Of a DNA stretch of 50,932 bases, positions 29,184 to 36,848 are shown in pieces (within the stretch, counting starts at the first letter, position 1; every line of letters starts with the position of its first letter). The stretch comes from Crocinitomicaceae bacterium (GTDB lineage: Bacteria; Bacteroidota; Bacteroidia; Flavobacteriales_D; Crocinitomicaceae). The notes under the pieces were generated by a model. That model had not been told where the DNA came from, made no database searches, and saw only the letters and a list, made by a program, of their open reading frames with translations. The stretch spans positions 1-50,932 of the forward strand of contig JALRFI010000095.1 of the NCBI GenBank assembly GCA_023253775.1. Reading direction: 5' to 3'. The position numbers were made by a program, and so were the translations under genes.

Positions 29184-32100
29184 TTATTGCTTAACTATCT
29201 TGATGTTATCTGCAATTCCATTGTCTCCTACTACATTCACTGAATAAACACCTGCTGACATTCCAGTCATATCCATGTCGAATGTAATGTTTTCAAAATC
29301 AGAGATGAAACCATTGTAAATGGTAGCCACCGTTCTTCCTGTCATGTCAATCATCCTGATTTCATAGTTCCCTTTATCAGCTGGGGTAACAGAAATTGTA
29401 GTCATTCCAGCCACAGGATTAGGATATGCTGTAAGCGCAAGTACTGTACTCATACCAGCATCCTTTGCTGCATTCGAAGCCTGAACAACTTCGACAACTC
29501 CTGAACAAGCAGACTCAAGTTCTCCACAAGCACCTAATACGCATCCTATTGCAAGGTGAGCTGGTACTGCTGATGCATCTATACAAATAGTATGCGCGTT
29601 TCCTGGATTACCAGGAGGAATCTGACACATTTCTACTTTCATATTACCACTATTACCTGCCTGACATGTTACATCTACAACACAGATCCATAACTCATCC
29701 GTAGCAACACAACCATTTGCGTCAGTTACAGTTACTGAATATTCTCCATTTTCTGTTGGACAAACAGTAATGTCGGCTCCAACTCCACTATTCCATATGT
29801 ATGTATAGTCAGGGGTTCCTCCCTCAGCAACAGCCGTTAGTGATGCACAAGACATAGGGCCATAACCATAAAATACTGTTTCATCACCTCCAGCATTAAC
29901 TGTCAACAATGAAGGCTCAGTGATGGTGATTGAAGTTGTAGAAGAACACCCGTTTGCATCAGTCACAGTGTAACTATAGTCACCTGCTGAAACTGTGTAG
30001 TCTCCTGTTCCTGAATAATCAAGAGTACCTCCTGCTGCTGAAACACTGATAACACCAGTTTCGCCATAACAATTGATATCGTCGCTGATTGAAGAGCTGG
30101 CAACGAGCAATTCAGGCTGAGAAATTGAAATATCCACGCTAGAAACACAACCGTTCGCATCTGTTACAGTGTAACTGTAATCTCCTGCCGAAACTGAGAA
30201 TGTTCCTATTCCTGAATAATCCGGTGTTCCTCCAGCGGCAAATACAATTATTTCACCATTTTCACCATAACAATCTATTGCATCACTGATAACAGCATTA
30301 CTAGTTAATGGAGTTGGCTCTGTGATCGTTATACTTGCGCTAGCATAACATCCAAAGCTAGGTCCAGCAACTGTTGTATTAACAACCCATTCTGCTGGGA
30401 ATAGGCCCGTTACAGAAGTTGTTCCATCTCCAGCCGGATTATTATTTGAACTAATGCCATCATTGCTGTACCAGTTGTATCCATAATTTAATGGCAATCC
30501 CCCTGTTAATACTGCTGTTGCCGTACCATCATTGAATCCATTACAAGTCACATTCGTTCCTGAGATCGTGAAAACAGGATCTGCAATTACTGTAACAGTC
30601 TGAACAACAATAACCGAACATCCGTTCGCATCTGTAACGATAACACGGTAATCTCTTGTTTGTGATGGAGAAGCATTCTGAGTTGGATTTGTACATGTTG
30701 AACATGTATTCAACCAAGTGCCAGAATTATTTTGATATTGCCATTGATAAGAGTAAGGCCCAGTTCCTCCACTAACGCTTGAAGAAAGGCCTGCGGTGCC
30801 ACCAGAACAAACTGTTGCGTTCGGAGCGTTTGAGCTTATACTTGCTGTTAAAGCGGTAGGCTCTGTGATAGTAATTGATGTCGAAGCTGAACATCCATTT
30901 GCATCAGTAACTGTGTAATTGTATGTGCCGGCACCTACAGTAAATGTTCCTGTTCCTGAATATGGCGCAGTTCCGCCGTTGCCTGATACAGTAACGGTAG
31001 TTGTTCCTCCATTACATGCAATTGATCCGCTAGTTGAAGAAGCGGTCAATACAGATGGCTCGGTTACTGTGATAGATGTTGTTGCTGAACATCCATTTGC
31101 ATCGGTAACAGTATAGCTATATGTACCAGCCACAACCGTAAATGTGCCTGTTCCTGAATATGGAGCAGTGCCGCCGTTTCCTGATACAATAACAGTGGTT
31201 GATCCTCCATTACATGCAATTGATCCGCTTGTTGAAGATGCAGTTAATACAGATGGCTCAGACACCGTGATAGTCGTTGTTGCTGAACATCCGTTTGCAT
31301 CGGTAACAGTATAGTTGTAAGTGCCAGCACCAACTGTAAATGTTCCCGTTCCTGAATATGGCGCAGTACCGCCATTTCCTGATACAGAAACAGTTGTTGT
31401 CCCTCCATTACATGCTATAGATCCACTAGTCGAAGAAGCCACTAAAGCAGATGGCTCAGTGATCGTGATTGACGTTATTGATGTACATCCGTTTGCATCG
31501 GTAACAGTATAGCTGTAAGTGCCAGCACCAACTGTAAATGTGCCTGTTCCTGAATATGGAGCAGTACCACCGTTTCCTGATACAGTAACAGTAGTTGTTC
31601 CTCCGTTACACGCTATTGATCCACTGGTAGATGAAGCGGTCAATACAGATGGCTCGTTTATTACAATGCTTGCTGTTGCGGAGCAACCCCAGCTTGGCGA
31701 TACAGTCGTATTAATTACCCATTCAGCCGGGAACAATCCTGTTACCGAAGTTGTTCCATCTCCAGCAGGATTATTGTTTGAGCTAATTCCGTCATTACTC
31801 GACCAATTATATCCATAATTCAAAGGTAATCCTCCTGTAAGCACAGCAGTAGCTGTTCCATTATTTAACCCATTGCATGTTACATCTGTTCCTGTGATCG
31901 TAAATACTGGGTCGGCTACAACAGTTACTGTTTGAACAGCAACTGCATCACAACCCAAACTGTTTGAAACAAGAATTCTGTAATCTCTCGTTTGAGAAGG
32001 AGAAGCATTCATGGACAATGCTCCGGAACCTGTATTTAACCAGTTACCAGCATTATCTTGATACTGCCATTGCAATGTATAAGAGCCTGTTCCACCTGAA

Positions 32101-33299
32101 ATGTTTGCAGTCAATGCGGTTGTTCCACCCACGCAAATTGCACCATTTGGTGATGAGGTGGTAATCGTTACGCTTGGATCTGCGGTCACAGTGACAGTAA
32201 CCGTGTTTGAATATCCTGCCGTATTTTTACAATCAGAAGCAATTCTTCGGAAATAAGTGGTTGAAGTAAGATTCGAAACAAAATATGTTGGGTAGGTAGC
32301 TCCTGCAATGTTTGACCAGCTCGTTCCATTTGAAGAGCTTTGCCACTGGTAATTCAATGTACCATCAAATCCACCCACTGCATTTGAAATTGAGTTTAAA
32401 AAAGCATTACCTCCGGAGCAAACTGTAGAGGGAGCAAAGATTTGACCTCCATTTACAGGCGGGGTGGAAGCATCTTGATACATTAATGACCCTCCTCCTG
32501 TGAGGTATTGACGATCAAATCTTGAGACTTCCACGTAATACGTGCCTGATACTGATGGTGTGAATACGGCATTACTTTGCAATGTGCCCGAGGCATCATC
32601 ATTAGACGCATACAAGGTAAACCCATCCGGAGAATAAATTCTTATATATGTATCTTCTCCTGATAGTCCTAGAGTACTAAATTGATAAGTTCTGCCAGCG
32701 TTTAAGTTTGCTGACCAAGAATGTATCGCCCCACCAGAATAGGATGCATATGCCGCACTACAACCTGGATTCAATGCATTAGCATTACCGCTATATTTCC
32801 AAGTCCAATCTAATCGAATCTGATGGCTTGCACCTCCAGCTTGTGGTCCACCCGTGTAATATACATTATTTGATGGACCCGTTATTTCGCGAAAATATAG
32901 AAACCCAGGAGAACCCGCGTTACGACAATCATCTCCAGAATTGTACGAACACCTTGAACCGTTATCATCTTCCCATGCATCGATATAGTAATACAATTGA
33001 TAAGCATTGTTTGATCGTGATCCGATAAAAGCGCCTCCTCCGTAATTACAATTTCCATTGTTATTACATTGTAAACACCCAGACAAATCTACACTGGTAT
33101 TGGTGTTATCAAAAAAACCGCCATATGCAGTATATTCTTCGTTCCCCACCTCCCAGCAAGCAAGTCCATTCGCGCCTTCGCTACTGAATACATTTCCAAC
33201 TCTTACTGAATAGGTTACATCAGCAAGCTGCGCATTAATCGAACTATATCCCAGTAATATAGCTGATAAAATAATAAGTTTATTCACTATTGATTTCAT
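29184..33299 (-). CDS. 1371-aa T9SS-secreted cell-surface repeat protein (SprB-type repeats, PPC-like domain, type A CTD)
   Basis: Signal peptide and a PPC-like segment (TYIRIYSPDGFTLYASNDDASG...YYVEVS). The CNGG...GG..PYSGTG...Y.YTVTDANGC unit recurs seven times. The C-terminal end AYPNPVAGMTTISV...VYSVNV...IKIVKQ is typical of T9SS sorting domains. Confidence 0.8.
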   Translation of the reverse strand: MKSIVNKLIILSAILLGYSSINAQLADVTYSVRVGNVFSSEGANGLACWEVGNEEYTAYGGFFDNTNTSVDLSGCLQCNNNGNCNYGGGAFIGSRSNNAYQLYYYIDAWEDDNGSRCSYNSGDDCRNAGSPGFLYFREITGPSNNVYYTGGPQAGGASHQIRLDWTWKYSGNANALNPGCSAAYASYSGGAIHSWSANLNAGRTYQFSTLGLSGEDTYIRIYSPDGFTLYASNDDASGTLQSNAVFTPSVSGTYYVEVSRFDRQYLTGGGSLMYQDASTPPVNGGQIFAPSTVCSGGNAFLNSISNAVGGFDGTLNYQWQSSSNGTSWSNIAGATYPTYFVSNLTSTTYFRRIASDCKNTAGYSNTVTVTVTADPSVTITTSSPNGAICVGGTTALTANISGGTGSYTLQWQYQDNAGNWLNTGSGALSMNASPSQTRDYRILVSNSLGCDAVAVQTVTVVADPVFTITGTDVTCNGLNNGTATAVLTGGLPLNYGYNWSSNDGISSNNNPAGDGTTSVTGLFPAEWVINTTVSPSWGCSATASIVINEPSVLTASSTSGSIACNGGTTTVTVSGNGGTAPYSGTGTFTVGAGTYSYTVTDANGCTSITSITITEPSALVASSTSGSIACNGGTTTVSVSGNGGTAPYSGTGTFTVGAGTYNYTVTDANGCSATTTITVSEPSVLTASSTSGSIACNGGSTTVIVSGNGGTAPYSGTGTFTVVAGTYSYTVTDANGCSATTSITVTEPSVLTASSTSGSIACNGGTTTVTVSGNGGTAPYSGTGTFTVGAGTYNYTVTDANGCSASTSITITEPTALTASISSNAPNATVCSGGTAGLSSSVSGGTGPYSYQWQYQNNSGTWLNTCSTCTNPTQNASPSQTRDYRVIVTDANGCSVIVVQTVTVIADPVFTISGTNVTCNGFNDGTATAVLTGGLPLNYGYNWYSNDGISSNNNPAGDGTTSVTGLFPAEWVVNTTVAGPSFGCYASASITITEPTPLTSNAVISDAIDCYGENGEIIVFAAGGTPDYSGIGTFSVSAGDYSYTVTDANGCVSSVDISISQPELLVASSSISDDINCYGETGVISVSAAGGTLDYSGTGDYTVSAGDYSYTVTDANGCSSTTSITITEPSLLTVNAGGDETVFYGYGPMSCASLTAVAEGGTPDYTYIWNSGVGADITVCPTENGEYSVTVTDANGCVATDELWICVVDVTCQAGNSGNMKVEMCQIPPGNPGNAHTICIDASAVPAHLAIGCVLGACGELESACSGVVEVVQASNAAKDAGMSTVLALTAYPNPVAGMTTISVTPADKGNYEIRMIDMTGRTVATIYNGFISDFENITFDMDMTGMSAGVYSVNVVGDNGIADNIKIVKQ
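29919..30320 (-). repeat. two diverged 67-aa (201-bp) SprB-type coding repeats
   Basis: EPTPLTSNAVISDAIDCYGENG...YSYTVTDANGC and QPELLVASSSISDDINCYGETG...YSYTVTDANGC lie in tandem. A third, more diverged unit follows towards ~29680. Confidence 0.8.
30864..31655 (-). repeat. 4 x 198-bp in-frame tandem repeat (66-aa SprB-type unit)
   Basis: Four consecutive units read EPS(V/A)L(T/V)ASSTSGSIACNGG(T/S)TTV.VSGNGGTAPYSGTGTFTV(G/V)AGTY(S/N)YTVTDANGC. Unit boundaries were placed by hand at 31655, 31457, 31259, 31061 and 30863. The antisense shadow ORFs recur with the same 198-nt period. Confidence 0.9.
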
Positions 33300-33303
33300 G
33301 GCA

Positions 33304-33876
33304 TTACTTTTTAAAAGTGAATAAATAAACTATATCTGAATTTGATTCGTCCTCATCCTGGATGGCGATGACAATAGTTCCATTGAGTTCAGTTCTGCTC
33401 AATTCTACATTCTTCGCACATGTTTCACAAGAATTTTTTGTTGAAACTAAAATGTTTCCATTTTCCAAGGTTGATTTCTGTCCAAACACGTACACCTTTT
33501 TCTGATCTTTCTCAGAGACAATTAACATTTCCTTGTCAGATTCTGAGAGAATCATTCCTTGAGAGAACTCTTGAGAAATTGACTCAAGAATTTGAGAAAG
33601 CTGAGACTTGTTCGTGTTTAATTTTTGACGATCGACATCTACAGACATTAACCTAAATTGAACATTGTTGTTCAAATGGTTTAAAACCATTTTGTCTTGC
33701 TCGAGCTTGAATGTATTTTGCTCTTGTTTTTCTTTCAGGTATTGATCTGAATATTGCATGACGAGTCTGTTTTCGTCAGTGCGATTTTCTTTGGTTACAA
33801 CATTCTCTGAATGTTGACCAAAGACGGGTAGTGCTGTGACAACCCAGAAACATAATAGTAGTTTTTTGGTCTTCAT
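33304..33876 (-). CDS. hypothetical secreted protein, co-transcribed with the adhesin gene
   Basis: Signal peptide (ALPVFGQ), a Gln/Glu/Lys-rich middle, and only 4 nt separating it from the adhesin start. Confidence 0.5.
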   Translation of the reverse strand: MKTKKLLLCFWVVTALPVFGQHSENVVTKENRTDENRLVMQYSDQYLKEKQEQNTFKLEQDKMVLNHLNNNVQFRLMSVDVDRQKLNTNKSQLSQILESISQEFSQGMILSESDKEMLIVSEKDQKKVYVFGQKSTLENGNILVSTKNSCETCAKNVELSRTELNGTIVIAIQDEDESNSDIVYLFTFKK

Positions 33877-34329
33877 AAGTTAGTTTTTAAGCTCGTCCGC
33901 GCAGGCAAATTCAATGCCAAGAAACTAAATGCGAAGAAAACGCATAAATCTATCTGTGGGTGATTTTTTCCATCCTAAAACGGGACAGTTTTTCCAATTT
34001 TAAGATTCTTTGTGTGTTTTATTATTTGAGTAGAATTTTTTCATTTTTCAGGATTGGGATCTACTTGAAAGAAACCAAGATTCTCGAACTATTTTCAAAA
34101 AATCTTGTTGGTCACTCATTATAACTATTCGCTTTTTAAAATTATTATTTTTTCATTAAAGCTCTGTAATTGGGGTTTTTATCGGTTTTTTTCGTTTACA
34201 TCCGAATATTTTTCGACAACAATTACTTAATAACCGAAATTGATTTGACCACCGACTGAATTTTGCAGAGTCAATTCGAAAGTCGATGAGGGCAAAAACA
34301 AATTTTTCAAACTTTTAATTATTTACAAC

Positions 34330-34674
34330 ATGAACACATTACGAAACAAAGTGAGTTTGATCGGAAGACTGGGTGCACAACCCGAAGTAACAACCTTCGA
34401 TTCTGGAAGGACACTTGCAAGATTTACGCTTGCAACTAAAGAGAATTATAAAGACAAAGATGGTCAATGGCAGGAGAACACCCAGTGGCACACGATCAAT
34501 GCCTGGGGGAAAATTGCAGAAAGAGTTCAGAAAGTACTCAACAAGGGACAAGAAATCATTCTTGAGGGCAAGCTAGTGCATCAGACATATGAATCCAGTA
34601 GCGGCGAGAAGCGCTATGGCACCGTGATCGAAGCATCTGAATTCCTTCTACTGACACAAAAGAAAGATCAATAA
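34330..34674 (+). CDS. SSB-family OB-fold protein, tail-less paralog 1 (114 aa)
   Basis: It parallels E. coli SSB by eye. RNKVSLIGRLGAQPEV matches VNKVILVGNLGQDPEV, TQWHTINAWGKIAE matches TEWHRVVLFGKLAE, and KGQEIILEGKLVHQTY matches KGSQVYIEGQLRTRKW. It ends ...LLTQKKDQ with no Gly/Pro linker and no acidic DDDIPF-type tip. Confidence 0.85.
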   Translation: MNTLRNKVSLIGRLGAQPEVTTFDSGRTLARFTLATKENYKDKDGQWQENTQWHTINAWGKIAERVQKVLNKGQEIILEGKLVHQTYESSSGEKRYGTVIEASEFLLLTQKKDQ

Positions 34675-34694
34675 TCAGCTTAAAGAACTATTAC

Positions 34695-35006
34695 ATGAAT
34701 CACGTAAATCTTATCGGAAAAGTATGTTCAGCACCAAGGATCGTTGAACTTCCAAATGGCAGAAAGATCGCTCAGTTCACACTTTCAACTAAAGAAATGT
34801 ATCTGGACGAATTAGGGGAAACAAAATCACGCAGTAACTGGCATCGGTTAACTGCATGGGGGAAATGGGTACGAGTTTTAGAAGAGTTAGGAAAAGAAGG
34901 GATGGACCTTGCAGTAGAAGGAAAACTCGTAACCCGCTTCTACCAGAGCAAAGGAGAAAAAAAGTTTATCTCCGAAGTTGAAATCAATGACCTTATCATT
35001 CTTTAA
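34695..35006 (+). CDS. SSB-family OB-fold protein, tail-less paralog 2 (103 aa)
   Basis: Same motif skeleton (VNLIGKV...P, SNWHRLTAWGKW, EGMDLAVEGKLVTRFY, KKFISEVEI). It ends directly after the OB fold and starts 20 nt after paralog 1. Confidence 0.8.
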   Translation: MNHVNLIGKVCSAPRIVELPNGRKIAQFTLSTKEMYLDELGETKSRSNWHRLTAWGKWVRVLEELGKEGMDLAVEGKLVTRFYQSKGEKKFISEVEINDLIIL

Positions 35007-35015
35007 TTGAACATC

Positions 35016-35342
35016 ATGAATAATCTTAGAAATCATATCACATTGATCGGAAATATGGGCTCCAACCCACAGATCACAAATTTTGACAACGGAAACAAGG
35101 TGGCTCGTTTTCAATTAGCAACAGATCGTTCTTTCAGAGCAAACGATGGCAAGATCAAGTCTTCAACCGAATGGCATAAAGTTTTTGCCTGGGGCAACAT
35201 TGCAGGGTTTATTGAGTCGTATGGTGAGAAAGGAAAAAAAGTGGCGATTCATGGTAGAGTGGTGAACCGTACTTATCTCAATCCCGAAGGTAAAAAAAGA
35301 AATGTCACAGAAGTTGAAGTTCAGCACATCATTGGTCTGTAA
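35016..35342 (+). CDS. SSB-family OB-fold protein, tail-less paralog 3 (108 aa)
   Basis: MNNLRNHITLIGNMGSNPQI aligns with the paralog 1 N-terminus, so the ATG at 35016 is preferred over the track's TTG at 35007. It also has TEWHKVFAWGNIA and KGKKVAIHGRVVNRTY, and it lacks an acidic tail. Confidence 0.8.
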   Translation: MNNLRNHITLIGNMGSNPQITNFDNGNKVARFQLATDRSFRANDGKIKSSTEWHKVFAWGNIAGFIESYGEKGKKVAIHGRVVNRTYLNPEGKKRNVTEVEVQHIIGL

Positions 35343-35365
35343 TTTCGTACGATCTGCAGTTAAAG

Positions 35366-35391
35366 ACCGGTCTGAAAAGACCGGTTTTTTT
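35366..35391 (+). terminator. intrinsic terminator after the SSB-like operon
   Basis: ACCGGTCT-GAAA-AGACCGGT followed by TTTTTTTG, 24 nt after the paralog 3 stop and abutting the stop of the convergent gene at 35394. Confidence 0.75.
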
Positions 35392-35393
35392 GT

Positions 35394-36848
35394 TTAATAA
35401 TTACGGTGATCGTTTCCGATTCGCGAACGAATTCCTGCGATTGGGAAAAACGTCCATTGATCAATGTAGGTGTCATATCTCAAGTGGGATTCAGCAAAGA
35501 CACTGATCAAGCTCTTCTTTAGCGGCGAATAAGTCCCAGAAAGAATAAGTCTTACACCATTATTACCCATTCCTTGACCTGTAAAATGATCGTATTCATA
35601 AGGTCTTTGAGTATAGGGTTTATATATCTGTCCACCGTAACTATAGCCATCTTTATCCAGACCCATTAAAAAATAAGAGAAGAACACCTTCAATAACCAC
35701 TTTTGACCCTGAAGTTTAAATTCTCCAAGTAATTCCATGGTGTTTGCGCCATACGGATGGGTCAATACAGATCCCGCATGACCGTAATTTTGACCACTGG
35801 TCAAATGCGCAAAAGTATATGGCCTTAAAAAATTATATTCGATTCTGAAAAAACTCTTCCATGTTCCGATATCTGCCTTCCCCTTGATCCCTGCCTGAAT
35901 TCCATATTTATTCGCCCACCAACCTGATTTTTTTCTGATCTCCTCCAATGAAAATTCGTCAACCACCAGTTGGCTATACAGCGAATATTGCCTGTATTTA
36001 ATGGTCATACTTGCCCCTAAGACTACATTGTCCGAAGACCCAAGACTATATTCCTGAGGTCTGTAAAAGATCACGGGATTAAGATATTCAACCTCGAATC
36101 CTCTTCTCATCGCCGTATCTTTTGGTTGGAAAATGACACTCTCGAAAACACCAAAATTCAACCATTTCGTGGCATTGATACTCAAATGATGTGTGGCCCC
36201 ATACTTTGACACATAATTCGAAAAATCACCTTCATGCATGAATTGATAAAGCACCGAATATTCAACCCTCCAGAATTTTGTTCGAATCAAACCAAAAGGA
36301 TAAGGCTTTCCATAATCACTTAAGAATAAAGATCGCGACCCCTCTCCAATGAAGTTGTGATCAATTCCTGCCTGGAAATTAAAGATCTCATTTGGCGTAT
36401 ATGACAACCTTGCTCTTAGGTCAAGAAAACTTCCTTTACCTGCTGAATCGATCTTCGAAAAATAGGTTCTCGGAATAAAAAGACTGTCCACTTTGAACGT
36501 ACCTCCAAGCGCTGACACTCTCAAGAACCAAGGTTTTTCAAAATTAGAGGTCAATGACAATCCTCCTGCAGCTCGAAATCCAATCTGCTCCGAAAATTTT
36601 CCCGACACATCAGCAATCGGATCGATCATTAATTGTGGTTGGTCATTTTCGGCCCTTCCCATGCCTATTAACCCTTTTGAATTAGCTGTAGTCGACCAAC
36701 GGATCTGGGGCCTAAGTGACGTATGGCTCTCGATCGATAATTCAGCGGAAGAATCCATAGGTAATTCTTCATATAGCAGTTGGATCTCGTTTTGAGCCAC
36801 TGACTGAAACGTCCATAAAATCAATATGACTAAGATCGATCTAATCAA
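35394..36848 (-). CDS. outer-membrane beta-barrel protein, Wzi-like (capsule-assembly family), paralog B
   Basis: Signal peptide and alternating beta-strand-like composition. The motif IGEGSRSLFLSDYGKPYPF resembles the G.G.RSL.LS.N..P.P signature I recall for Wzi. It is a paralog of the upstream gene. Confidence 0.45.
   Translation of the reverse strand: MIRSILVILILWTFQSVAQNEIQLLYEELPMDSSAELSIESHTSLRPQIRWSTTANSKGLIGMGRAENDQPQLMIDPIADVSGKFSEQIGFRAAGGLSLTSNFEKPWFLRVSALGGTFKVDSLFIPRTYFSKIDSAGKGSFLDLRARLSYTPNEIFNFQAGIDHNFIGEGSRSLFLSDYGKPYPFGLIRTKFWRVEYSVLYQFMHEGDFSNYVSKYGATHHLSINATKWLNFGVFESVIFQPKDTAMRRGFEVEYLNPVIFYRPQEYSLGSSDNVVLGASMTIKYRQYSLYSQLVVDEFSLEEIRKKSGWWANKYGIQAGIKGKADIGTWKSFFRIEYNFLRPYTFAHLTSGQNYGHAGSVLTHPYGANTMELLGEFKLQGQKWLLKVFFSYFLMGLDKDGYSYGGQIYKPYTQRPYEYDHFTGQGMGNNGVRLILSGTYSPLKKSLISVFAESHLRYDTYIDQWTFFPIAGIRSRIGNDHRNY

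Noticed and set aside
30864-31655. A CRISPR-like or other non-coding satellite interpretation of the 198-bp tandem repeat
   Set aside because: The units are contiguous with no unique spacers, they are in frame within a long ORF, and they encode a recognisable SprB-type protein repeat.
30919-31818. Periodic plus-strand ORFs encoding ...PAPTVNVPVPEYGAVPP...
   Set aside because: They are the antisense image of the 198-bp adhesin repeats. Their periodicity is explained entirely by the minus-strand coding repeat.
33877-34329. Small ORFs in the 453-bp gap (for example a 24-codon ORF starting at ~33931)
   Set aside because: All are under about 30 codons, have no promoter box or conserved-looking composition, and are indistinguishable from chance ORFs.
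34330-35342. A mobile-element or prophage origin for the SSB-like triplet
   Set aside because: No integrase, transposase, tra/mob, phage structural gene, tRNA attachment site or flanking direct repeats are visible within at least 10 kb on either side.
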